Below are positions 1 to 12,575 of a DNA stretch of 64,000 bases, in pieces. The stretch lies in assembly GCA_951406725.2 (NCBI GenBank), contig OX597823.1:117180001-117244000 (forward strand), in the 5' to 3' direction. Under the pieces are notes generated by a model. It saw only the letters and a list, made by a program, of their open reading frames with translations, was not told the origin of the DNA and searched no databases. This DNA is from Octopus vulgaris. Lineage: Eukaryota. Numbering within the stretch: position 1 is the first letter of the stretch; each line of letters starts with the position of its first letter. The position numbers and the translations under genes are program-made.

Positions 1-29
1 CAGATGTTAAACAATGATGATGATGCCTG

Positions 30-165
30 CCTAACTCCAACCACTCCAAGTCTGTAGTGGGTGCTTTTTACATGCCACTAGCACAGGGGCCAGAAGTGGC
101 TGGCATCGACCACATTTGGATGGTGCTTTTATGTGCCACCGGCATGGGGGCCAGTCAAGGCACTC
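30..165 (-). mobile_element. RTE-LINE 3'UTR fragment
   Basis: Matches the 3'UTR of the RTE copy at 2880-3845 (gtagtgggtgcttttta..tgccac); a (GAT)n tail of another copy lies at 1-25. Confidence 0.6.
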
Positions 166-194
166 AAAACAAATTTCTATTATCATTAAATAAA

Positions 195-396
195 TGGGTG
201 GTAGAATTGTAACCACACCAGACCAAATGCTTAGAAGCCTTTCTACCAACTTTACATTCTGAGTTCAAATTCTGCTAAGTTGACTTTGCCGTTCATCCTA
301 TTGAAGGTAACAAAACAAGTATGAGCACTGGACTTGTTGGAATCGATTTCCCCAACCTCTCAAAACTGCTGGCCTTGTGCCAAAATTAGAAAGAAA
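195..396 (+). mobile_element. tRNA-derived SINE family B (Deu/Nin-like core)
   Basis: B-box gagttcaaattc, core gactttgcc..ttcatcc, tail ggccttgtgccaaaa; many paralogs in window. Confidence 0.7.
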
Positions 397-721
397 TATT
401 TTCATCAACATCATCATCATCATCATTATTATTGAGAATAGCACATGCTATCAGAGTGACACTGGGTTTCAAATATACAAAGCCAAATGTACCCATCATG
501 ACTATCCATCCAATAAGGGTAAACCAGGCACATGCATCACAACCATGTGAATGTGACATAAACAGTGCATGACCTTCCATGTGGGGCCCCAATTCAAGTA
601 GCCTGTCCCACTCAGAAGCTCCCTGAATAAGGGTTGTTTCAGGATTATGAATGAGACACCCATGATTCCAGAGGTGACTTATTCATATCCCTAAGAATTC
701 CCCTCAACACATGGCTATGAT

Positions 722-1019
722 ATTTCGTTTTTAGATTTGGTTTGCAAGATTCTTTATGTGAGTTCTTGTGTTGAAGCATATTCTGTTGTGTCTGGGGAGA
801 GTCATCCTCTTTTAGTGCCTTATAATTTAACACACCAGTAAAATTTCCACTTATTCCTTATTTTTATTTTCCTAAAATTTTCATTGCATCTTGTGAAAAG
901 GCTGCGAGATGCAACGAAAATTTTAGGAAAATAAAAATAAGGAATAAGTGGAAATTTTACCAGTGAGTGTGTTAAATTATAAGATACAAAAAAAAATGAC
1001 TCTCCCCAGACACAACAGA
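722..1019. mobile_element. Fold-back insertion (Penelope-like architecture) with 13-bp TSD
   Basis: Inverted arms 781-893 / 905-1020; direct repeat acatggctatgat at 709-721 and 1020-1032; non-inverted paralog at ~18362-18500. Confidence 0.7.
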
Positions 1020-1166
1020 ACATGGCTATGATGTTCCCCAACTACTCCTGCTCATGATGCACAAATTGTCAGCCACTAAAGAACAAGCTCAACTGGTGAA
1101 GATCAAGCAACTAGCAAACAAATCTGCAGTATTGAGCAGAATTTTGCTGTAGCCCACCTTTTACAC

Positions 1167-1222
<56 letters not shown>

Positions 1223-1989
1223 TGTATAACAGCTGTTTTAGTATCATGCTTTGCTTTATAAAATATTTTAAAATATTTTATTACAGCTTTTTCATGTTTT
1301 TCATTGACTTATTTTATTTATATTTTGTGTAGCTTTATTTGCGATATACATATTTTGTGTGTGTGTGTGTCTGTGTGTGTATTTGTAGTGTGTGTGTATG
1401 TATATCACATTTAGAACATGTTTATCATTACTTTTTTATTGGATTGTATGAAAATAATATTTTTTTTTATTGGTTTATGTTGGATTTTTCGTGACACACT
1501 CACACACACATACATTAACTGTACATTCTAACACACATCTTTACTACAAACCAATTCTTAGAGCCACCAGTAAAACATTCTACCCTAACATATAATATAC
1601 TCACAACAAACAAATAATAAACAGAAATACAGCCATAATAGAACAATACTACAACAACGGCAACATCAACAACAAATACAACAAACAGTAAAAGGACAAC
1701 AAAATGTCTAAACTTAAATAAAGCTAAATATTCGTATAGGTTTGAATTATTATATATCAATTCGTTTGCTTACAACCACTGCACATGATCGCTATGAATA
1801 CACCAAATCCCACCCCTCATCCCCACAGGAATGGCCTATTCCTATGGCAACCAATCAGATGATTGATTTTTACCAAAGCAAATACAACTTGTCTCTTCTG
1901 CTTTTGTTGCTCTTACCATATTAATTTATTCTGCTGCAGTTCCTGGTTTTATTGCCTCTTCTCTACACTTGATCCAAAGAAGAAAAATA

Positions 1990-1992
1990 ACA

Positions 1993-2036
<44 letters not shown>

Positions 2037-2101
2037 TATATACATACATACATACATATACATACACACATACACATATATATATATATAAACATACGTA
2101 C

Positions 2102-2180
<79 letters not shown>

Positions 2181-2224
2181 CATACACACATACATATACA
2201 TACACACATACATATATATATACA

Positions 2225-2260
<36 letters not shown>

Positions 2261-2497
2261 TGTGTGTGTGTTTGTGCATATATGTACATACATACATATG
2301 TCAGTGTGTGTGAGTGTGTGAATGTGTGTGGGCATGTATGTGTGCGATATTTTTAAGATTTGTGTGTCTGTATGCATATATATATATGTATATATATGCA
2401 TACACATGCACATACACGTTATATATAAGTGTATATATATATATACACACACACATAGATAGTAGATAGATAGGTAGATACATACATACATACATAT
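1990..2497. repeat. Compound (TA)n/(TACA)n microsatellite
   Basis: Direct reading. Confidence 0.95.
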
Positions 2498-2879
2498 GTG
2501 AATAAATGAACTAATAAGGCAATTACATCAGGTTTTAGGTGGTTATTTGAAAGGTAAGGTACAGCTCTTTAATATACAATTTTAGCCTTACTGTAAATGA
2601 CAAGAAAGATGGTTACACCACAGGTCATTTTATGTCCCTCTCAGGATAGAAGAAATGATATAGGTCTGGCCAGTTGGGAGTCTTATTAGACCTTCATCAT
2701 ACTTGCATTATCTGCCACTTATCCCTGGACAGATGTATAACTTATAGCTATTTATTGTTTATACAAAGCCACAGGGAAACCACCCTGGTCACCTTTCTCA
2801 GTGATGCTACATGTTTATTTAAAAAGATATTCCTTAGCCTTCTCTTGTCTTCTTATTCAGATTATATATATATATATAT

Positions 2880-3845
2880 ATCATCATCATCATCATCGTT
2901 TAACGTCCGTTCTCCATGCTAGCATGGGTTGGACGGTTCGACCGGGGATCTGGGAAGCCAGAAGGCTGCACCAGGCTCCAGTCTTATCTGGCAATGTTTC
3001 TACAGCTGGATGCCCTTCCTAACGCCAACCACTCTGTGAGTGTAGTGGGTGCTTTTTACGTGCCACCTGCACAGGTGCCAGGCGAGGCTGGCAACGGCCA
3101 CAGTCGGATTGGTGTATTTTATGTGCCACCAGCACGGAAGCCAGTCAAGGCGGTGCTGGCATTGGCCATGAGTCGGATAGTGCTTTTTACGTACCACCAG
3201 ACCAGGGATCCTGGCTGGTTCAATTCGATTTCGCTTTCGCTTGCCCCAACATGTCTTCGCAAGCAAAGGGGGTTGGCATGGGTGCCTGTTGTCGGATGAG
3301 GTTCTATATCGACTTCGCTTGCCTCAATAGGTCTTTGTGTCCAAGGGAGGAAAGGCATTCATAAGTGGGCTGGGCTCACTTGTCCTGCCTGGTCTTCTCA
3401 CGTACAGCATATTTCCAAAGGTCTCGGTCACTGGTAATTTCCTAAAGTTCGAAGGTCGTGCTTCACCACCTCGTCCCAGGTTTTCCTGGGTCTACCTCTT
3501 CCACAGGTTCCCTCAACTGCTAGGGATTGGCACTTTCTCACACACCTATCTTCATCCATTCTCGCCACATGACCATACCAGCGCAATCGTCTCTTTTGCA
3601 CACCACAACTGATGCTTCTTAGGTACAACATTTCTCTCAAAATACTAATGCTCTGTCGAGTATGTACACTGACATTACACATCCATCGGATCATACTGGC
3701 TTAATTCCTCACGAGCTTACGCATGTCCTCAGCAGTCACGGCCCATGTTTCACTGCCATGTAGCATGGCTGTTCGTACACATGCATCATACAGTCTGCCT
3801 TTTACTCTGAGCGAGAGGCCTTTAGTCACCAGCAGAGGTAAGAGC
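2880..3845 (-). mobile_element. 5'-truncated RTE-clade LINE (ORF2 C-terminus, 3'UTR, (GAT)n tail)
   Basis: Translation LLPLLVTKGLSLRVKGRLYDACVRTAMLHGSETW..RRLRWYGHVARM..GRGRPRKTW; one in-frame stop; (TA)n on both flanks. Confidence 0.9.
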
Positions 3846-3919
3846 TATATATATATATATTTTTTATATATACATTTACATATATGTACGTATATATATA
3901 TATATGTACATATATGAGA

Positions 3920-3951
<32 letters not shown>

Positions 3952-4261
3952 TTGTGTGTGTCAGTGTGTGTATATATATATTTATAAAAAAGAAGTTTGA
4001 AAATGCCACTATATAAGATAAATTTTAATTTTCTTAGAAATTCTGTTTTAGTTCTTCTTGAAAAAACGAACCTTATCAAAAAATATTTTTAAAAGTTAAG
4101 TGTAATAAAAAAGTTCATAATTATTTCTTACTAGTCTCAACAGAGTCCACGTGGTGGTATTTTGTGGGTGGGGGGAGCATAATGGCTGTCTTGTGTATTG
4201 ACTAGATTCGTTGGCTGTAATTGGGGAAATGATCAGTGGCTGAAATAGCAGTAGTAGCAGT

Positions 4262-4778
4262 CTACTAGCAGAACTGAGGTAAACATTACAAATGTGTGTG
4301 CAGCTGTGAAGGGAAAACATCGAATCACCATTCGTGAGTTATCAAAGGATGTGCAGATTAGTTAGGGTTCAGTTCAGTCCATTATCATTGAAGATTTGGG
4401 CATGAGACGTGTGTCTGTCAGGTTTGTATCAAAACTGCTTTCAGTTGACCAAAAAGACACTCAGTTTTCAGCTGCACAAGATCTCTTTGATTGTCTCGAG
4501 AACGATGAAAGCTTTTTGAAAATTTTGCGTAGGCCTCTGAGCAGATATCACCAAGCTTTTGGCAAAATTTGATGCAGATTCTCTGCTCAACTTTTTCTGT
4601 CGATGCAATGATTGCATGTTACAGCACTGCTGTAAACAACGGAAGTGAGTTAGAATGTTAAAACTTAGTTTGCATGCACAGCAGAGTTGAAGGTCAATCT
4701 GTGTCAAGTGGCTTACTTTGCTTGCTTTAGCTTTGAATCTATGGCAACAGTCCAGATACTTATTGACCAGACCACGTA
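4262..4778 (+). mobile_element. Mariner-family relic (HTH / WVPK-equivalent region)
   Basis: Translation RITIRELSKDVQIS*GSVQSIIIEDLGMRRVSVRFVSKLLSVDQK; ends in TIR-like tattgaccagaccacg-TA. Confidence 0.7.
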
Positions 4779-4782
4779 TATA

Positions 4783-5332
4783 TTGGGTTGTCTGGAAAGT
4801 TCGTGCTGATTTTTAAAGGAAAGAAAAAGGTCAATAAATATGGTTGAGTCCATAAAATAGGATCTGACTACACCTTCATTTAGAGTACACTCTTCATGGA
4901 AGAAGGTTTATGTTCCTATAACTTGTGTTAATTCTGTAACACTTTAAAATGGAAGATAAGAAAGTTCATTTTTGGCACTTGATACTTGTGGAACCAGACA
5001 AAAATTGCTGCAGCTCGGCTGGGATGTATTACCCCACCCTCCATATTCACCAGATATTGCTCCTTTGGATTTCCACTTATTCACGTCTCTGCAGAATAGT
5101 ATTAATGGTAAAAATTTCAATTCCTTGGATGACGTAAAAAGCTAACTTGATGATTTCTTTGCCATGAAACCACCTCATTTCTGGGAAGAGGGTATTTTCA
5201 AGTTAAAGGAAAGATGAAGACAAATTGTGCAACAAAATGGTTCATATTTGGTTGATTAAAAATGTAATGGCAAGTATTTATTGACCTTTTTCTTTCCTTT
5301 AAAAATCAGCACAAACTTTCCGGACAACCCAA
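4783..5332 (+). mobile_element. Internally deleted mariner (DD34D family)
   Basis: ~58-bp TIRs ttgggttgtc..aaggtcaataaata with TA flanks; N-term MEDKKVHF joined to C-term LGWDVLPHPPYSPDIAPLDFHLF..NGSYLVD*. Confidence 0.9.
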
Positions 5333-5707
5333 TATATGCATATATATGACAACTGAGAATTCCTGTGGGAGGGCTTACTGAGTGCCACAGGCCAAATGAA
5401 TGGTGTGAAGTCTCAACCAGGCCTAGAGTAATGTGGTGGTGGAATGATATGTGAGACAGGGCTATTAGAGCAAAGAAATGGGCCTGGAAGAATGGGGGAG
5501 CAGGTAACTGTATCCAATAGTGAGAGTTAGGAGACAGGTATATCAAGCAGGTATATGAGGGAGAAGCAGAAAAGAAGAGGTGGTGTTAAACTTAGGTAAG
5601 TTATTTTTTATTAAACATAAATTATCTGGGAATCTTTTGATACCACCTCGTAAGAGTCTATCCAGTCCAATGGAGGACAGATAGAAGGAATTGGCTGTCA
5701 CATAGGT

Positions 5708-6450
5708 TCAGTCTTGGCTGTAGAGTTAAGAAGCTTGCTTCCTAACCATGTGGTCTTAGGTTCAGTCTCACAGCATGGCACTTTGAGCAAGTGTCTTCTA
5801 CTTTTGCCACAGGCTGACCAAAACCTTCTGAATGGATTTGGTAGACAGGTGGCACATAAAAAGCACCATTCGAGCGTGATCATAACTAGCGTCATCTTAC
5901 TGGCACAGGAAAAAACATTCAAGCGAGGTCATTGCCGGTGATGCTGGACCGTCTCCTGTGTCGGTGGCACGTAAAAAAACACCATTTAAGCACTGCCTGA
6001 CTGGCCCGCATGCCTGTGGCATGTAAAAGCACCCACTATACTCTCGGAGTGGTTGGTTTTAGGAAGAGCATTCAGTGGTAGAAACTCTGCCAGATCAGAT
6101 TGGAGCTTGGTGCAGCCATCTGGTTCACCATTCCTCAGTCAAATCGTCCAACCCATGCTAGCATGGAAAGCAGACATTAAATGATGGTGATGATGATGAT
6201 GAAAGAAGTCTGTCGTCTATGTGTGTGTGTGTGTGCAGATGTATGTTTGTGTCTTTGTGTTTGTGTTTCTCGTCCACCACCGCTGGACAGTTAGTATTGA
6301 TGTGTTTATATCTCTGTAGCCAAGCAGTTCAACATAAAGAGACTAATAGAATAAGTTGGGCTTTGAAATTGAATTCCAGGGGCAATTTGTCTGGTTAAAC
6401 CATTGAAAGCAGGGCCTCAGCATGGCCACAACCTGATACAAATAAAACAT
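5708..6450 (+). mobile_element. SINE family A interrupted by an RTE 3'UTR insertion (5848-6201)
   Basis: Family A core breaks at ggatttggtagac and resumes at gaaagaag after the (GAT)n tail. Confidence 0.75.
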
Positions 6451-7663
6451 AGCAGATATGTTTCACACAATAATAATTAGTTTATCATTGGTTGTAGTTC
6501 TTTGCCCTCAATGGTGACCAGACAGAGTCTCTTATGGGTTAAGGGTTGACAATTAGAATTAATGCATAACACTATGAAATAAACCGGACATTTATTTATT
6601 TTATATTTTTTTAAAATACAATTTTACAATAAAGACATCTTTTGTTTGTTCGAATTTAATAAATTGATAAACTGAAATAATTTTCTTCTTCCATGAAAGA
6701 CTTTCTAAAGTTATTGTCTGTCTCTTCAACTCATAAAACTGACCAATATATTAAAGCTCCAATTAAACTTTTATAATTTATTACAGAAATTAAAATATTT
6801 GATAGAAAATTAGAGAAAGGGAGAACCTGTCAGAAAATTAATTTAATCTGATATATCACAATTACATATGTGTGTGTACTTGTGAGTTTGTGTATCTGTG
6901 TGTTTGTGTATCTGTGTGTTTGTGTACCTGTACATTTGTGTATTTGTGTGAATGGTTATCTCTGTGTGTGTCTGCATTTGTGTATGTGTGTGACTGTGTG
7001 TGACTGTGTGTGACTGTTTTGAAAGTAAGCCTCTGTGTTTGGTTTCACTGAAATTGTTTGTTATGTGTGTGTTTATGTGTTGTTATATGTGTATGTTAAC
7101 ATGTATGCAAGGGTGTGCCTAACCACATGAGAATGCACGTGTATGCGTGTGTGATTATAAGTTTATATTTGTGTGTGTGTGTATGAATGTATGTATATAT
7201 GCATATGTGTATGCCTGTATATACATTTATGTGTGTTTGTTTGTGTTTAAGACTGAACCTGTGCCTATATCTGTCTTTGTGCCTACCTGTGTATATGTTT
7301 GCCAAGATCTCCGTGTGGCGTCTGAATTGTGTATACTTGTGTGCTTGAAAGTTCAGGTATGTGTGTATAGGAATGGCTCTTTGTATGTGTGTGTGAGAAA
7401 AAGGAAAGAGAGTGTATGTGTGTTTGTGTATTTACATAAAATAAATTTGTACAGTTTAATTGGAATCTAAAAATACTGGTCAGTTTTATGACTATGGATA
7501 ATAACATTGGAATTACATATTTTACTATTATTTTTACCAGTAACTTACAGGCACAGTCAAAGAAAGTGTGTGTGTGTGTGTGTTCTTCATCCTCCTCATC
7601 ATCATCACTGTTTTAATGTTTATTTCCCACCCTACCCAATTTATCCTGTATTGTACTGTCTGC

Positions 7664-8004
7664 AGTATGGTAAAAGGGTAAAGACCCCCTTCAGTCATGA
7701 ACGACAATGGGATTGCACCCTGAAAGCTCCCCTCCAAGGCACAAATCCTGGCAAAATCGTTTATGGAAGGCCAGGAGTCACCCATGCATACCAGCCTCAC
7801 CTCTCCATGCCACTGATGGTATCCAAAGGAAAGGCAAAGGGGCACCAGTGACATCACATCTCATTTCTACAGCTGAGTGAACTGAAGCTACATGAAATAA
7901 AGTGTCTTGCTCAAGAACACAGCATACAGCCTGGTCCAGGACATCGAACTCACTATCTTATGTTTGTGAGCCCAATGCTCTAACCACTGAGCCATTTGCC
8001 CTCA
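7664..8004 (-). mobile_element. tRNA-derived SINE family C (CORE-like)
   Basis: Reverse strand has tggctcagtggttag..gagttcga..gtgttcttgagcaagacacttt; paralog at 51199. Confidence 0.7.
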
Positions 8005-9046
8005 CATTATGGTAGTCAGTCATAATTTCCCTTAAAAATATGCCATCTTTCTTATTTAACCCAGTATCTCTAGACTTGTCTTGACTACACCCTTTTACCA
8101 TGTATTCCAGCATGAAAGACAAAATTTTGGTCTCAGATTTTAACCTTCAAATGCATGAATTGCTCTCGTGAATCTTTTAAGATGTGTTTTTAACCCATAG
8201 AAAATGACACAGTGTACCATCTTCTCTAGAAATTTTCCTTGTTTTCGCCATTCCCTGATTTGGTTTCCATTGATCATGAACTACCTGGCAGCTGCACTCT
8301 TGTATTCTTTGTCATATCGTATATAACTTTCACTTTGAACCCAGCTTCATATTTCATTTGTTTCCATTGTGTTACAACATCATTATGATTGGGTTGTGTT
8401 AACAAGTAACACCAGTGTCTGTTTTCTTGCCAGTCATTTGTAATTAGAGGGACATCTCTTCAGAATAATGGAGATGCAGGAGTACAAAGTTCTGCCTGTT
8501 TTAAGAGATCTTTGATCACCTGTAATCTCATTTCCTTTTCGTTTTAATTGCCATTATGATAACTATTAACAAGAAGGATTTATCTGTTGTAATTTATTGA
8601 AATACTGGACTCTAATTACCTCAGTTTCAAATTAAGAATTTAAGCAAGTATACTTATTTTTATTTATTCAATTCCTAATTTAATAATAACCTTAAAATCG
8701 TTTCAATACAACAATAGATAATTCCTTATTTGGATTTTAACATGCAAAGTTTTTCACATCTCATCATTGAAATTCTCAGGGTTTTTCCATGATTTTGAAG
8801 ACAAACTCATCTTCTTCATTGTAAATTTATGATTTGCAACGATTCTGTTGAAGTTTGTTCATATTTCTTAATCTGAAAATATTCTTGAGATCAATCAGTT
8901 ATTGCTATTCTATGGCCTCAACTTATATACCAGTAACGTTAAAAAGTGATGGCCCCAAAACTTCACCTCAGCCTATACACTGAATCAGCATATATGGTAT
9001 GTTCATTCCTGTCATGTCTGCCTCTTGCTATCAGCACAGAAACGTA

Positions 9047-9092
9047 TTTGAGTGGATCCCTTTGAGTGGATCCCTTTGAGTGGATCCCTTTG
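9047..9092. repeat. 14-bp tandem repeat (tttgagtggatccc)x3.3
   Basis: Three exact copies read directly. Confidence 0.95.
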
Positions 9093-9218
9093 CTGATGTC
9101 TGCAATGTTGTACTTTCACTTTTATTATACACATTAACTTTAACATTGTACTCCTTCATTTCTCGCCAGTCACAGCTACACTCACTATTCATGTCTCATT
9201 GCCATACAATTTCATACA

Positions 9219-9716
9219 CAGTCATCCCTCACTACTTCACGGTTCAACTATCGTGGATTCATGACTTTGTGGATTTTTAAAATATATATATATGAACGCC
9301 CAAAATTTTTCATTAAATCCATTAAAATACTAATAATAAATATTACTTCCTAGTCTAGGAACAACAAAACAAGTGTAAAATAGCAAAATAGCATATACAA
9401 GGCTATTTAAATTTAACACAGGTTGTGATTGGTGCAGTGGAGAGAGACCACGAATCACAGCTTTCTATTTTGTAATCTGGCCTGTGTAACAGTAAGAATA
9501 TTTATTTTTTTAAATCTAAAGTGTTATTGCTTAACAATTGTCCTTGTTATTAATTGACTACTGTAATGGTTGGGCTGTTAACAGTACAGGGAGGGTTTTA
9601 AAAGTCCAAATACACGTTAAGTAAATACTGTAAATATGGTGTCCCTACTTTGCAGAAATTCAGTTATCGCAGCCAGTCTCGGAACCAATTTACCATGATA
9701 AATGAGGGATCCCTGT
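9219..9716. mobile_element. Probable Tigger-type MITE
   Basis: Imperfect TIRs cagtcatccctc.. / ..gagggatccctg followed by TA. Confidence 0.45.
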
Positions 9717-11182
9717 ATCTAACACAAACCTTATACATTTCTCTCTCAATTCAGAGTGAGTGGAATTGTTTGTTATCAACAGCGGTAAAAATTAACAATA
9801 TCTCTTCTTTTCTCTGTCTACTACTATATTCAAACTTGCTGGGTGATGCGCTTCATTTCTTGAGTAAAAGTGTAATATCACACTTCAGTTGAAAGGAACT
9901 TATAAACAAAGGTTGGCTAGTGTTTAGAATATTTTGGAGTTCTTTGTACGTTTTTGAAAAGACTTGATCTGAGACTATCTTGAAATTTAAATAACAACAT
10001 CATGAAGGAGCCAGTTTAACTCTTTAAGAACAAGAGAAAAAAAATAGAAAAACTATAATTTCTATACGTTCATTTTATAATAGACTGAATAATTCAAATA
10101 TAAAAAAAAACCAGAAAAGCAAGTTATTTTGTGTGGCTAAATGGTTAAAATGATTCTTCAACAATGTAGTTGTTGTTAGAATATTCTGTTCTCCTGGAAG
10201 CCACATGAGCAAAAGAAAACTTTCTTTAGGTGATAACGTGTGTAGAATGACTGCACTTTGGGTGGCAACAGGTGTAGAATAATCTGTGTTTCATGCAGCA
10301 GTATGAATGTGTAGGAATGTCTTTCACTGATTACAAATACATGACAAATACATGAAAATATGTGGAGCTCTAATTAATTAATTAATCAATGCACTTGTCA
10401 AGCGGAATCAGTTACCTGAAATTGTTTTGTAGTTAAATTGTTATGTTATGAAATAGCCTGAGATAAACACTACCAGGATTGTCATGAAATATTGAAATAT
10501 TCTGTCTTATATTCAGCACAAGATGACATGACTTCAGTAATATTAGAGAGACATAGAGACAGAGAGAGAGAGAGAGAGTGAGTGAGATCAATAATAGTCA
10601 AAATATTTCCATTATAGCTTACTCAAGTTATGTCCTACCTTCAATTTCGTCCAAAGCTCAGAAAGTCTTTTATGTCAAAACTGAAATATTTCAATAAAAC
10701 CATGAATTTAATTGTATGATATTAACAAAATATCTATATAGTATAAAATATTAATTTTTTTTATTTATAAATATTACCATCTCACACATGCGTGAATATG
10801 AATAAGGAATAATAAAACACAGGATATAACGGCATTCATATATTTAGAAATTTTAGTTTATTTCTTGAAAGCTGCTTGAAATTTATGATTTTACCTCACA
10901 ACTTTCAATGTATTTGACAGAATATAACAGTCAGCCTTAGCTTGATCCATATTTACTATGAATTATGAAAGTTTGTACAGGAAATCATTCAAGTTATTCA
11001 AAGCATCATTCCACCTGTTTTTTCTACTTCAATTTAAATCGTTTTACTGATATATTTTGACTGGAATAGAATAATTTCAACAGATTCTCTTTTCTTGTAG
11101 ACACCAAACAAAACACAAAGAAAGATGGACATTTTTGAATATCAGCATTTTAAATATTCAGAGGATTGCACACACACACACA

Positions 11183-11213
<31 letters not shown>

Positions 11214-11231
11214 TTCATCATCATCATCTAT

Positions 11232-11449
11232 GTCTTTATTGCCCACAAGGGGTTAAACATTGAGGGGACAAACAAGGACAGACAAAGCGATTAAGTCGAT
11301 TACATCGATCCTAGTGCATAAATGGTACTTATTTAATCAACCCACAAAGGGATGAAAGGCAAAGTTGACCTTGGCGGAATTTGAACTCAGAATGTAATGG
11401 CAGACGAAAGATTGCTAAGCATTTTGCCAGGCATGCTAACATTTCTGCC
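11232..11449 (-). mobile_element. SINE family B
   Basis: gatgaaaggcaaagttgaccttggcggaatttgaactcagaa core; flanked by (CAT)n. Confidence 0.85.
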
Positions 11450-11716
11450 ATCATCATCATCATCATTTAACATGTGTCTTTCATGCTTAGCATGGGTTGG
11501 ATAGTTTGATAGAACCTGGTAAGCCATAGGGCTGCACCAAATTCCACTATCTACATTGGTATGGCTTTTACAGCTGGATGCCTTTCTTAGCACCAACCAC
11601 TTTTCAGAGGGGGTTCGGTGCATTCTACATGGCACTAGCACCAACAAGATTTGCTTCGACATAGTTTTTACAGATGGGTGCCTTTCCCAACCACTTTACA
11701 GAGTGAACTGGATGCT
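11449..11716 (-). mobile_element. RTE 3'UTR fragment
   Basis: (CAT)n-ttaacatg..cagctggatgcc matches 2880-3060. Confidence 0.65.
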
Positions 11717-12130
11717 TTATACATACATACATACATACATACGTACGTACATACATACATATATACATACACACATACATACATACACACACACGCAAGC
11801 ATACATATATACATACATATATACATACACACATACATACATACACACACACGCAAGCATACATACATACATGCATGCATACATGCATGCATGCATACAT
11901 ACATGCATATATCTATATATATATCACACACACATGCACGTACATACACATACATATTCATATCCCCATTTCATTTGTTTTGACCCTTATTTTTCCATGC
12001 AAGGCTCAAGGTGATTGGATGCTGAAATGTTTGTTTAACATTGTTACTTGGCTTTAATGTTTCAGACTTTTGGGCTGAAACCAATGGTTGTTTGTTATTC
12101 AGAAAATGGAGGATGACCAATGGAGGAAAC

Positions 12131-12304
12131 ATCCTTTCTACTATAAGTACAAGGCCTTAAATTTTATGGGGGGAACTAGTTGATTGCATCAACCCCAGTG
12201 CATAACTGGTACTTATTTTATTAAATCCGGAAGGATGAAAGGCAAAGTCAATCTCAATTGAATTTCAACTCAGAGGATAAAGACAGATGAAATGTCACTA
12301 AGCC
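12131..12304 (-). mobile_element. SINE family B
   Basis: Family B core and tail. Confidence 0.75.
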
Positions 12305-12379
12305 TTTTCTTCAATGGAGAGAATATCAAGACTACATTTGCTTATGATTTGGAAATCAAACAATAAGACCTGAGTAACA

Positions 12380-12575
12380 GTAGAAAATTTCATGCAGTGG
12401 CTTGACTCATTCTTTTGTCAAGTATAAATAGATATTGCAAAGAACACAATCCTTGACCTAAGGCATTGTTGGTGATTGATAAGGCTGTGGTACATCACCA
12501 GGATATCAACAATCTGCAAACTTGCATTCTTGTCAAAGTAATTAATCTACCACCAAACACCAGTTCCTATTTGGG
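12380..12575 (+). pseudogene. Tigger/pogo DDE transposase relic
   Basis: Translation YCKEHNP*PKALLVIDKAVVH..VKVINLPPNTSS resembles pogo-type KALLxxDNAPxH..FLPPNTT. Confidence 0.6.

Noticed and set aside
1863-2495. Long Y/I/H/M/C/V-rich ORFs (also 11556-12057, 18478-18976, 35750-37261, 47017-47350, 51297-51784, 57418-58005)
   Set aside because: Translations of (TA)n/(CA)n microsatellites, which lack stop codons in several frames.
2916-3358. GC-richer ORFs of 79-127 aa (also 17650, 33175, 44871, 62186)
   Set aside because: They lie within RTE 3'UTR or SINE copies repeated across the window.
5708-6201. Novel chimeric SINE (family A head plus RTE tail)
   Set aside because: Family A sequence resumes after the (GAT)n tail, so this is a nested insertion.
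9047-9092. Short direct repeats resembling a CRISPR array (also 41995 and 63492)
   Set aside because: Head-to-tail with no unique spacers, no cas genes, eukaryotic context.
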